Assembly: GCA_002104905.1 (NCBI GenBank)
Contig: MCFE01000326.1
Location: 1 to 64,000 of the forward strand
Direction: 5' to 3'
DNA from: Basidiobolus meristosporus CBS 931.73
Taxonomy: Eukaryota; Fungi; Basidiobolomycota
Length of the DNA stretch: 64,000 nucleotides
A program made the translations under genes and the position numbers. This document shows positions 12,054 through 24,475 of this stretch, piece by piece (position 1 is the first letter of the stretch; every line of letters starts with the position of its first letter). Below the pieces are notes generated by a model that did not search any database, was not told where the DNA came from, and saw nothing but the letters and a program-made list of their open reading frames with translations.

Positions 12054-13863
12054 AGACTTGTTCTGTTGTGGTGGTGTATAAGTCCAAGGGAGAGATACAT
12101 CCAACACTTCTCAAGTGTTTTGTGTGTGGGGTGTTCACTGGGTGCAATAACCTCTGGCAAAAGCTTGCTAGGAATACTGGGTCTTTTGTCTAATCCAATG
12201 TGAAGGGGGATAAAGCCACAAGCTTGTCAAGGGAAAACTATTGAGCTACAATCCCCAACTTAGTTGGCATCTTAACAAAAGTATGTGCTGGGTTCAGCGT
12301 CCTTTGAGATGACAATGTACTAAAGCTTCCAAAGTCAAAACAACTGTAAACTCCACCAGCAGGGACTTGATAAGAATGCAGCTTTGGTCAATAGTTACAA
12401 AGACAGAAAAGTATCTTTGCCTGTACAAGAACAAACTTGGGAAAGAATCAAATATAATAAAAGATACCTACTCTGAGTATTCCTCACAAGTAGTGCCTCC
12501 AAGGTCAGTTGGCTGTCAGCGCGGTTTCCTGGGAGTGTCCTGTGGTCTAGGGTTGGAAGTTCAGGTAGCAGCAGGTAGCAGTGATCACACTAATCAACAA
12601 GTTGGTATATTGATAAAAGGGATGATGATTTATTGTTGAGGGATAGCCTCCCTTATATACTTTTCTTCACTGGCTAAGTGATTACTAATCATGGTGTTCC
12701 AGAAGGTTCCGGAGTTCAATAGAAATCTTAATGACATCAGAATGACCTAAGAATGTTCTAAGTAGGTGCCGGAAGGTTCTAAGAGGCACAGCACATCCAA
12801 CCAATCAGGAATCAGTATTCTGAAACCTGTGTAACATGGGGATACCATATATGGTATGGAAATGGTAGGGATGGTGACACGGGTTGATCATGTTTCACGG
12901 GTACTGGCGCAGGTACTTGCCTAATATAGAAGCACTTGTAACTAGTAATCTTACATAAAGTGAGGGGTAACTTATGCAATAAGGTAAGCAGGTGTGATAG
13001 TCAACCAGCCTTATGGGATAGTACTGATTGGGTAAGACAAATGGGATAAAACTAAAATGAGTGTAGTAGGGATATAGGGAAGTAGAAAATAAGGGAATGA
13101 GCACATCTGTCAGTGGGTGTCACTGTCACCCCACTACACCTGTTGGATAGTGCCGCATTGAGCCATGAGTGCCAAATGATGCCATAGTGTGCCAGGGAGG
13201 CCAAATGAGCCTATACTTGGCCACAGAGTGTGAAACAGAGCTCAGCATCTTCATGCAAAGCTGCCCCTGTGTTTCACTCATTGTGTTGGAGAAAATCCAT
13301 TTTTTGACCTTTTTTTTAGGTCAATGTAGTGCAGGATGTGTAAGAGCACAGAAGAACTGAAGACATGCATCAGGTACGCAATACCCATGGCACTCTGAAT
13401 CTAGCTCTTGTGGCTTGTAGCATGTCACAAAAACGCATGGCACTATCTTGGTCCACTGGTACTATCTGGCACTATATTTAATTATTAGCCCTAAAGTAAG
13501 ATCTATACAAAGCAATTATAGTGCCAGATAGTACCAGTGGACCAAGATAGTGCCATGCATTTTTGTGACATGCTACAAGCCACAGGAGCTAGATTCAGAG
13601 TGCCATGGGTATTGCGTACCTGATGCATGTCTTCAGTTCTTCTGTGCTCTTTCATATCCTGCACAACATTGAACCACAAAAAACCATCAAAAAATGGATT
13701 TTCTGCTACATCATAGGTGAAACACAGGGGCAGCTTTGCATGAAGATGCTGAGCTCTGTTTCACACTCTGTGGCCAAGTATAGGCTCATTTGGCCTCCCT
13801 GGCACACTATGGCATCATTTGGCACTCATGGCTCAATGTTGCACTATCTAACAGAACAAGTCT
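12054..13863. mobile_element. Foldback/long-TIR MITE (~345-bp arms, ~40-bp loop) interrupted by solo LTR-C
   Basis: 12054-12066 plus 13139-13477 is the reverse complement of 13518-13863; termini AGACTTGTTC...GAACAAGTCT; flanks ATT/GTT. Confidence 0.9.
12067..13138 (-). mobile_element. Solo LTR-C
   Basis: Reverse complement of 21487-22565; TG...CA ends; TSD TCTGT/CCTGT, length confirmed against the uninterrupted right arm of the foldback. Confidence 0.9.
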
Positions 13864-14299
13864 GTTCAACATATTAGCTGGCTTATACATAGGAGAGTCC
13901 TACAGAGCTGAGAGCAGCTTAGTGAGCTAAATAGTCATAAAACTAATAAATTTAAAGAATATTTATATAGGAAGACATCCACTAAAAGATATGTACCTGG
14001 AGTATTATGAAGAGTAAATCAAGTAAGAGAGCCTCTCTTCTGAGCAATATAAGTAGGATTGAGCAAAAAAACCAGTGGCTTTATCCTACCACTGGGATCA
14101 TGGTAGAAATTATGGTCCCAGTTAGTGCTATTGTGTATCATATCAGACTAGCCCCATAACTGGCTGGCACTATGTAGTACAACCCTACAGATCAAGTCTA
14201 TTTCACACATTAAATACCTCACATACCTCATGCACCTTGGCTTGTGTAACTGCATGTGGAAGTACTTCTACACCTCAACAGTTTTATAAATATATTCAA

Positions 14300-14700
14300 G
14301 CAGATCTTATTGGCCAACACATGCAATTGTTCTGTATGGCAGGAAACTTGATGGTGTTCTGACAATATATATAACTCAAATAGAAAAAACTATTGCCTCC
14401 TGTTTACTAGCCTCTACATATTTGAGCACTGCTGCAATTGATTCACCATTATCACCCCAAACTTACAGCCTTTCAGTGCAATACATGCATATCTGATATT
14501 ACCTTGTATTGCTGGTGACATTTACAGCATGCAAGCATAGGCTTGGTTACCACCACTCTAGCCTGGAATATATCTTGACTATCTACAAGATACACTTTGA
14601 CACTTTTAAAATGTATTCCTTCTTCCTGCTAGATTGCAGTTCCCATAGAGGTGTCCTCTGGTTCTTGTCTGTGTGAAATCTTTACTAAAAGGTGTAAGAT
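14300..14700 (+). pseudogene. Highly degenerate gypsy integrase core remnant
   Basis: SPQTYSLSV...YL...IYKIHFDTFKMYSFFLL resembles HPQTxGxxE...YN..H..TKxSPF.L. Confidence 0.35.
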
Positions 14701-16045
14701 TTGGGTATTACCCCGGAGAAACCCAGCATACTTTGGTAAAGTTGCCCTGATAAAATCAATTGCTTATTGCATTCAACCTTACATTGCACAACTAAACTAA
14801 CTACTGACATATTCAGGCTACTGCTGAAATAATAGAGATATATTGGAAGTGAAATAGAAAATTAGCCCTATGAAAAATTATTGAGGTAATCCCATCAAAA
14901 GGCCATCACAAAGATAATGTCCCGTGAGTGAGAGGTACCAATCTCATCAGGACACCGTCCAGAGACCGTTGAAAAATAATTGCACCCCAGTTTTCACAAA
15001 AAACTTTGTCAAAATTTTTCATCACAACAATGTATAAGTGGCTTTTGATTGGTTCCCTGCCAATTTGCTCACTTTCTGATCCCTGACACTCTATTGCCTC
15101 CTATGTTTGTGTGAATTGATTGGCTATTGCCTCTTTTTCACACTCCTTACTTCCTGACTCAACCATTTCTCTTACTTTTCATGCTTACAAATTGATTTAT
15201 TTCCGTTGAGACTTCAGTTGTACCTCAATTGCCAATTGTATTGACCTATATGAGTCTCTATACCCTACACTAACATTAAGCCCAACCCCACACTCAACAA
15301 GTAACTCCATTAAAATCCACCACTCAATAAGTATCTCTGCTGTCATGCTCTGGTTCCACAACTTTGGGGGAACCCAACGGCTTTATGCCACTGTTCATGC
15401 ACCGGTTCCCACACATCCTGGTCTTCAGCTGGCACTGCAAGGTTTAGCTCCTCATCTGCCAGTCTTTGCAATAAATCCTTGCAATATTCCAGTGCATTTT
15501 CTTGTGCACTGCTCTTGAAGAAGTGCTGCAACCTCTTGGTGTGCCCATTAATGTTCCAAAACTCCATTGAAGGCATTGTGATAGTCTTTCAAGCTCTTGA
15601 GGTTGTAGCCTTGTCTGTCAGTGGGATCTCCACTCAGTTAACAATGGAGGCTGTGGTAGACAAATTGCCTGTTTCAGCAAACTCATCTACCTTGCTGGAG
15701 TGTAGCTCAACTGGCTGCGCTTCCCACTCTTGTGAAAGCAGCTGTTTTCTTGTTGGTAATTCTTCTTGGCTATGATGGGATTCAGTCTGTTCCTGGCTTG
15801 CAGCATTTGTTGGCAAGAACTGCAGTTTTTTTTGCATGCCTCCCTGTCTCAGGCTTGGGTAGACATTTTTCCCTTTGCCTTTTCCTTGATCACTGCCAGG
15901 TCTTTCACTGCTACTTTGTCTGAGTGCTTCCTGTAAAGAACTATTTTTTCTCCTGGATAAGTTCTGCTCTGATGCATCTGTTTTGGCCTGCTTGTCCCTT
16001 GCTGGTACTCTTCTAGCAACCTGATGTTTCTTTTCAGCTTGTTTT

Positions 16046-16393
16046 TGTTGTAAGAGTCTTGGAGATATTGGAAGTATTGGGAGAACAAGTAGATTATGAG
16101 GATTTCACTTAATGATTTATTCAATGTAAAAGTAGTATTTATACTTTTACCTGGTCTTGGCATTACAAACACGTAGAATAGGTTAAGGAAGGTCCCAAAA
16201 ACATGTGTGCAAAGTGTGGGGCTGTTTGGACAACTTTGAGAATTTTCATGTTCTGGGTACCTGGTATTTTGGTGAAAATTTTCTAAGTAAATCCCAACAA
16301 GGCATTTGGTCAGTATTATCTAGGATTTAAGGGTAATGATCTAAGTGACTAAGTTAGGTGAATATTTAGGTGGAATTACAAATTTTTACAACA
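16046..16393 (-). mobile_element. Solo LTR-A
   Basis: TGTTG...CAACA; perfect TSD GTTTT. Confidence 0.95.
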
Positions 16394-16831
16394 GTTTTGA
16401 GCTCTCAACTGTAGTTGTGGCAGGCTCCTGTAAAAGCAGCTGGTTTTTATCACTGCCAGGTCCTTCACTGCTACTTTGACTGGGTGCTTCTTGAGTGGTA
16501 CTACACTTTTTCCTTGATAAATGTTGTGCTGGTGTATCCATGTCTGCCTGCTTGTCCTTAATTAGCACTCTTCCAGCTGCCAGACATCTCTTTGATGCTT
16601 GTCTGGAGCTTTTGGCCCTGCTTGTAACAGGCTCTTGAGGAAGCCGCTGGTTTTTAGCCGTGGCACCCTTGTTCTTCCGCCTTTGATAGTTTCTGCCACT
16701 CTTAAGATACTTTCTTAGCATACCAATGCTGGCCCAAATTCTGTTTGCCCGTTTGAGTCCAGGATAATGCTCATGGAACAAGGCAAGTGTATTCTGCTTG
16801 GCCTTGAGCTCCTGATGGTCCCATGGTACGC

Positions 16832-17626
16832 TGTGGTGGTATAGAGGTACTCCTGGGAGAAGCTACACAACTCAAGGTGTCTGATGGGTGCAATAACCTC
16901 TGGGTCTAAACTGCTGGTGTCTTTGTCAATATGTCACTATGGTAAAAGCTCCTATTTCTCTAGCTTCCTAGGTGCTCCAAGTGTCTCCAAAGGCCTCTGT
17001 GTGTCTTGTGCACTACCCTGAAAAGCTCCTTGATGGCAGGTTTGAGATGTACTGTCAAAGGCAGGTGCAGTGATGAACTGCTAATCAATAAGGTAGAAGT
17101 GTTACTGATAGAAGGGATGATTTATTGATGAGGGATTGCTTTCCCTTAAATACTATTCCTGATTGCCAAGTGATTACTAATGACAAGGTTCTAGAAGATT
17201 CTAGGTATCAGTGGAATTCTTGATGACATCACTATGAGCTAAAAATATGCCAAGAATGTCCTGGAAGGTTCTAAAAGGCACAGCACATTCAACCAATCAG
17301 GAATCAGTAGTCTGAAACCTGTGCAACATAGAAATACCATATATGGTAATGAAATGGTAGGGATGGTAACACAGACTTAGGTCATGTGTCATGGGTACTG
17401 ACGTGGGTACTTGCCTTATGTAGATACATATACTGATCCCAAAGCTGAATAACATCTGGGATAACTAATGCTAATAACTAATCAGGGTAAACATCATATG
17501 GGGATAATACTGATAATATGGGCAAAAGAAGAATGGGATAATACTGATAAGATAAAATATGGATAAGTATATCATAATGACTATATGAGTAAACTTGTCT
17601 GTGGGAGGTATGTTTACCTTACCACA
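16832..17626 (-). mobile_element. Solo LTR-B
   Basis: Reverse complement of 48825-49628; 4-bp TSD ACGC/ACAC; empty site GGTACACCAGCC seen in copy D (~58377). Confidence 0.93.
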
Positions 17627-18692
17627 ACACCAGCCTTGAGGTGATGGTGTGCTGGACTTCTGACGGCCTCTTGTATATTAGCCCACTCTTAATTATTGCA
17701 CTCAACAGCTTCATGGATTTTCAATGTTGTTTGATTTTTAGGCTTTGGTATAAACACCACATTGTCTCCCTCCCATGATGTGATAGGTTTTTCTGTGGGC
17801 TTTATCTTTGGGCACTGTTGTTGTGCTTCAAAGACTGTACGGTGTTCCTCTGCTGATACACCAGGAAATGGCTCAATGCTTGGCTGTGACATTGAGCTAC
17901 TTGAGTTCCGTCTTTGCAGCAAAGATACTGCTTTCTCTACCTGGGATATTGATTGCTCTACACGTATTATCTGCTCATCCTGTTTCTTGACTACTTCCTG
18001 ATTTCTCTGGGCCATTGCATCTATCCTATCAGCCACTGCACCTAATTGCTTCATCAATGCTTTGGTATGAGCTGACAACATACTTGCTAATATGGGTGGT
18101 GGTGATGTTATCATGGCCACTTGCTGATCTTCAACAGCAGGAACTGCATTTGCTACATTCTCATCTGCCTGAGCATAATGGTCAGCTTGTGGCTTTGCAG
18201 CAGCTCTCAATTGCCTACTTGACTGAGAGCCTGAGGAGCCCGCATTATTACCTTCAATGGGCACACTGTCCACAGCACCTTTTTTGGATATAGCCCTGCT
18301 TGTTGCACTGAATGTCAAAGCAAGCTATTGTCCAACTGCTCTTCTGTTGCCATCAGCGGTGCGGTTGGGTTGAGAACCAGACAACTTTGCTTGATTTTTT
18401 GGCAACATATATATGGAAGTGAGTCAAACCAAAGGGGAAATAGTTTGACATATACATGTGTATGTGGTGCCACAACTTTATTTATAATGCTTACTAGGGA
18501 AATAGTGTTACATATACGTGTTTATGTGGTGCCATAACTTTATTTGTAATGCTTACTATGGTGGGTCATCATTGAATCTTACATTCATGTAGGTGCAATG
18601 TCTCAAATACAAGATTGTCTTAAGTTCACATGAGTATTGACCAAAAAATGACATAATAGCTTTACGTTGTTGAAGGTCAAACTGTTTGCCCC

Positions 18693-21340
18693 ATGGACAA
18701 GACTACTGTGGCTCAACACCATAAGAGAAGAGAAAAAAGACCATGTGGCCATTGTGGCAAGCCTCTCAGCCATGAAGCATGCAGACAGCATAGGAAGTAT
18801 TACAAGGGTCATGGCCAGAGTTTTGCCACCCAAGTCATATTTGACCATTCATTGGTCACTACTGTGCCAACATTATCTTGCTGGCCAGTTGATACTTCTA
18901 TATTGGCACCTGGCCATCTTTGTCACATTGGGCAAACTGAGTCAGGTGAGCTTGTTACACCTTTAGGCTCACCTCAGCCTTCTGAGTATGGCACACAGAG
19001 TGATAGCTCTGACAAAGAAGGTTCACTGATGGATTTTGAGCCTATCTCCCCTAACAACAGTACCACATATGAGCCTGGTCAAATTGCTATATGCAATGAG
19101 TCATCACCTGTTAAAACAAATGCCAAGGCTACTTTATGGAGCCAAGTGAGCCCAGCAATCCATCTACTGGTGAATGATGTAATGTTGTGGCTAGAGAAGT
19201 GGCATGTTTCCACTAATATCAGGGCTTTGAGGATTTATTACTACTTCTTGCCAAAATCATACCAGGATGCAACTTACCATGCACATAGTACAAGTGGGCA
19301 ACCACCATGCGGCTGGCAACATATGATCCAGAGACTGTACTGATTTCAGCATGTGTTAACAGTTGCATGGCATTCACATCCAAAAATGCTAACATTGCAA
19401 CATGTCCAAATTGTCAGGAATCCACCACTGTTGAGGGAAAACATCATCCACACTCTGGATATATTCCAGTCATACACTGTCTGAGGAAGCTGATGCAGTC
19501 CAACAAATATTCCAAAGCTATACAGTACCGCACTCAGTTTCAGTCAAGCGCAAACATATCCTATATATTTGATGGCAAACATTACAAACAGCTAAGAAGC
19601 AAGGGCTACTTTGAAGGTATGTATGACCATGCCTTTGCTTTAGCACTTGATGGATTCTCATTAAGCAAGTACTCTACCAGCAAATCCTGCTGGCCACTGA
19701 TTCTCATCAATCTGAATCTGCCACCCATCTTATGGTATCAGAGCAATAATCTGATGGTAGTCTCACTGGTATCTAGGACTTAATCACCCTCCAACCTAGA
19801 AAGCTACCTGTATCCATTGCTGAATGAATCTTGTATGCTTTCTAGTGGGATAACAGTAAATGGCTGTCATGTAAAGGTGCATATTATCATCTGTATTAGA
19901 AATACCCCAGCATCAGCAAGATAGCAGGTTTTCCGGGCACAATGGATGGTATTGCTGTTGAATGTGTGAGATCCAGGGGACCTACTCCATAACTCACACA
20001 CATTATTATTACCCAAACACCAGCACTAAGAACATCATCTTTTCACAGAGAGAACATACAGAGGTAAGCATGCAATTGCAGCAAAGTTGGCAAGCTATAA
20101 GCCATTGGTCCAAATATAGAATCAATTAGAAACCAGTGATACTTAAAATAGCGGGTATCTGTTGGGGCAAAAGCTTTCCACTGGGAGCAATGCATTTGCT
20201 TTTCAGCAATATCCCTGTACTGATGACCAAGTTGTACATGGGGCATTTCAAGCTAAATGAGCCCTTCAAGACACTGGAGATATTTAAAAAAATTGGCAAG
20301 ATATTGCAGAGTATCTGCTACCTTAAGTACTTCTCATGGGCTCCAATTAATATGCATACGCATATGAAACAATACAAATGCAAAGACTGGATGAACTGGA
20401 TATGTATTTATTCAAGTGGTGTTCTGAAGCCATTCTTACCAAGAGTACATTGGAAGCATTGGGAGTCATATGTGGACATTGTAGGAATATATATTCAGAA
20501 GTGGATCACCAATGCCAACTTGACGCATCTACAGCTATTGTGTGAGGAGTTTGTGACAGGATTTGAGCCGCTATACTACAAACATAAAGCTGAACACATA
20601 GATCTCTGCCGCTACTGTATCCATTCTCCACTCCATCTTGTATGGTATGTGGAGAATATTGGGCCTTGCTTCACCTTTTGGGAGTTCCCTATGGAGCGGA
20701 TGTGTGGGGAGATAGGAAGACAAGTCAAGTCACAGGTACTACAATATGCCAATCTCATCAAGAATATTACCTTCAAGTCCGTCATGGATGTGATGAGTTG
20801 GCACATGGAGGACAGCCAGAATGAGTTGGAAGATACTAAGGACAAATGTGCACATGGAGACACCTATGCCTATGGCATTAAGAAGCTACACAGCCCCAAT
20901 GTGTGGGTCATCAGTTAAGTAATGCAAAGTTGGGTTGGGTGCAACAAGCAACTAATTTTTATCAGGAAAACTCCACCAAGATATGCCGGATTTCTTGTGG
21001 TCACAAGCCAACTTCTATACCATTCAATGCAGAATTCACACAAACAAATGCTAGAGCACACCTATAAGGGAGACTGGAATCCAGCAAGGAGAAGGAATAT
21101 ATTGGCTAAATATCAAGAAGTTCTTTGCCAATATTCAGGAGGTATTTATGGCAGAAGTGGCAACAACCAAGCATATGTTTGCAAGATGTGTATGCTACCA
21201 GCAATACCAGGAATGTGGCAACTTTGCAAGTATCACACTAAAAAGCCATAAAGTTGAGGTGATAGAAGTATGTCCATTGTGGCAGGTGTGCACGTTTGTA
21301 GAGGTTAGTAAGCAGGAGGCCATAGTTTTTTTGATTTGAG
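18693..21340 (+). pseudogene. Tnp2/Transposase_21-type DDE transposase, decayed
   Basis: N-terminal CGHCGKPLSHEACRQH; CVNSCMAF...CPNC; LALDGF; SCWPLILINLNLPP; GHNG; WEFPMERMCG. Confidence 0.9.
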
Positions 21341-21486
21341 CTATATGCGGAATACCCAAGGTAGTAGTGGGTAAGCAAATAAAGAAAGGTGATTCTACAG
21401 TGCAATATACAAATTGCACAAGGGGAGGTAGAAAAAGGAAATACCATTTGGTAAATTGGTACAGTAGCATTATACAGAACCAGCAG

Positions 21487-22565
21487 TGTAGTGGGGTCAC
21501 AGTGACACCCACAGGCAGATGTGTTCATTCCCATACGCTCACTTCCCTAAAAAGGATTACCCCCCCTATATTAGTATCATCCCAAATTTGCAATTTTCCT
21601 ATTTTGTCTATGTGATTATTACTATGCAACCTGACAAACTATTTGTCACTATTTACCCATTGCACAAGCTATTCTTATTCCTTGCCAAGATGCCAAGATA
21701 AGATAGTTACCATATAAGGCAAGTACCCCAACATTGCCCATGTCATGTGACCGTCTTGGTTTCATAACCCTCCCATCCTACTACCATAAGAGGCAACCAT
21801 ATGACACAGAGGTTTCATATTACCACTACCTGATTGGCTTGGTGCTACTATGTCTCATGGAACAATCCGCCAAGAATTTGCGCTATTTTTAGTACACAAT
21901 GACATGATTGGCTGTCTACTACCTTCTGGAAACTTCCAGAAAGTATTTTCTAGCAAGAGTTTGAGCAGCAAAAAAGTATATAAGGGAGGCTATCGCTTAA
22001 AATAAATCATCCCCTCTTCCAATATTCTGACTTATTGATTGGTGAGATCACCGCTGCCTATTACCACTATTTTCTGACTCAGACCCAACAATACTCCCAG
22101 GAAACCACGCTGACAGCCAACTGACCTTGGAGGCACTACTTGTGAGGAATACTCAGAGTAGGTATATTTTATTATATTTGATTGTTTTCCCAAGTTTGTT
22201 CTTGTACAAGCAAAGATACTTTTCAGTCTTTGTAACTATTGGTTAAAGCTGCATTCTTATCAAGTCCCTGTTGGTGGAGTTTACAGGTGTTTTGACTTTG
22301 GAAGCTTTAGTACATTGTCATCTCAAAGGACGTTGAAGCCATTATAAACTTTTGTTAAGACGCCAACTAAGTTGGGGATTGTAGTTCAATAGTTTTCCCT
22401 TGACAAGCTTGAGGCTTTATCCCCCTTCACATTAGATTAGACAAAAGACCCAGTATTCCTAGCAAGCTTTTGCCAGAGGTTATTGCACCCAGTGAACACC
22501 CAACACACATTCACACTTGAGAAGTGTTGGCCATATTTTGCCCTTTGGACTTATACACCACCACA
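21487..22565 (+). mobile_element. Solo LTR-C
   Basis: TGTAGTGG...CCACCACA; flanks GCAG/GTGG give a 4-bp overlap against the empty site in copy C (~45420). Confidence 0.9.
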
Positions 22566-23239
22566 GTGGCAGGCCATCACACAGCCAAGAAAAAGCCATC
22601 AGAGTCTTGCTGTGAGGCCATTAAACTACTGTCAAGTTTCTTGCCATATAAGGCAATTGGAAGTCCTAGCCAACTGGATCCACTTAAAATAGTAATAGAG
22701 CGCTGAAAGACCGCAACAATACCATGCAAATATTGTCACATCACCAATCAAAAATTGTCAAGTCTTATCCCTTTATTTGGCTGTAAAATTTGCAAAACAC
22801 CATCATGATCTTGTTATAAGATTGTCAGGAGGGTCACTAATTCTAAGCTGCTGATATCATGACGGTCTCTAAACGGGATCTTGACACATAACTAGTATTG
22901 GATCCACCTGCAGGACCAAATTATTTTTCATAGGGTAGAAGAATTAGACAACATTCACTTGTTGATTTATTGATTTGCAACACAGTATCTATACTGACTG
23001 CAGAACTATGTAAGTGTAACTACTTGCTCATTCTTAGAGGAGTCTCTGGAGTGCATGTACTAAGTTTCAGCTCTTATGGACAAGTGTCAAACTTTCCTCA
23101 AATTCTGTACTTCATTAGTTTGTAATAGTTAGCAAATATCCTACAAACTAGTCTCTAATTTAATATTATGAAATATGACATTTAGCTAAGTGCTAGCTCA
23201 TAATATATTATTAATTAGGTGGATTTCTAATTATTTTAA

Positions 23240-24470
23240 CATTCTCCTGCAGTATTGCAATGAGAAGCATCTGTGTACATTTCCCAAGTGCTCTACAGAC
23301 CTCTCTATTATTAGGTTCATTTATGATCAACACACCGGAATTGACTAAGTTTATATCCAGTATGGCAAAAAGTAGTTCATAAGTCTGGTTGCCTCTTTGG
23401 GTTAGAGTGGCATGGGTTCTCCAATTGATTTATGGATTACAGTAGAATAGCCATGCTTTCCAAAGTACAAGGTTAAACTTGCAGTTTCCAAGTATGTGGG
23501 CCTGTAGGTCTTCTTTATAGTCATTGTCCTTCATTCTGACTGGCTTAGTAAGACAGTTGATTATGTCATAGTCCCAATCAGCTATTGAAGCTGCAGGGGA
23601 TTTGGTAGGCTTCTTGTGAACTTCAGCTTTTAAGGAAAATTACTCTGACATGTGCTAGTGTGATGCTCCTGAGCCAATTATGATCTTAGCAGGTACTTCA
23701 TTGATTACTCTGTTGAAATATAATAGTTATCTCCAGTTTGAGAACATATGGGATAAGTTTTCTTCTGTTATATGCAAAATGAGTTCTGAGTCTTCTAGAA
23801 GTTCATCCTCCACTTCACTATGTTTTAAGCTTTAATATGATTAAAAGTACTTGTTGACTGGTGCCTATCTCTTCTGTAAGGGCAGTACTTTGAGATGTGC
23901 ACATGCTAGTGGCAGCTGAACTAAATTTGTCTCTTCTTGCTTTCTTCTGAGCTAAAATCTTCTCCATAACATCTATTTCTATTGACACTGCATCTGAGTG
24001 AATTCTTTCAGAGTGATTATAACTATTCTGATTAGTCATTGTAAGCTTTCAAACCCCAAACATGGCTGAGTCATAGTCAATGGCAATCTCAATGGCCTCT
24101 TCAGTAGCCTGAAGTCTTTGGTAATTTACTTCCTTGCAAGCTCTTTGTTCCTACCCATTAAAAAGAATACAATTTGATCAAGGGGAACAATACTTTCAAC
24201 CTGTCTAAGTATACAACTATACTCACAGATGTATTTTTGACCTATTCCTTTCAGTCTTAGTGTCTTCAGCTCCCTTCTGAGCAAAGCCTGCTGACTTTCC
24301 AACTCAAGTTCATCCATGGTAGAGATAGTAGAGCATCCTATCATTGTGGCTGACATGATCATCTTGTGATACAACTATAAAGCTGCATCTGCCAAGTTAG
24401 AACATGAGAATTGCAAGTTGATTTCTGGTGCAACTCCTGTTGCCTTAAAAGCTTCTTCAGCTTTAGCCAA
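23240..24470 (-). pseudogene. Gypsy family E gag-protease fragment
   Basis: Homologous to 32400-33050; decayed zinc knuckle (*FSCH*HVHISKYC) and protease (IIGSGASH..FNLVLWKAWL). Confidence 0.8.
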
Positions 24471-24475
24471 GCTCC

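Larger units (their letters stand above)
15343..18318 (-). pseudogene. CACTA accessory ORF2 (unknown function, TnpA-like role inferred), split by solo LTR-A and LTR-B
   Basis: Removing the LTRs joins ...CNN*EWANIQEAVRSPAHHHLKAGVPWDHQELKAKQNTLALFHEHYPGLKRANRIWASIGMLRKYLK; homologous segments in copies C and D. Confidence 0.7.
14866..22935 (+). mobile_element. Complete CACTA/En-Spm-superfamily transposon copy B (~5.8 kb native plus three solo-LTR insertions)
   Basis: TIR CCCTATGAAAAAT / ATTTTTCATAGGG (13/13); 3-bp TSD TAG on both sides; transposase on + strand, second ORF on - strand. Confidence 0.92.

Noticed and set aside
14161-14202. CAAGTCTATT with an upstream GGCACTAT as another MITE end
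   Set aside because: Only a 7-bp TIR match, with no partner end or TSD found.
14895-22625. GGCCATC as a CACTA subterminal repeat motif
   Set aside because: Only a few imperfect occurrences; not distinguishable from chance by eye.
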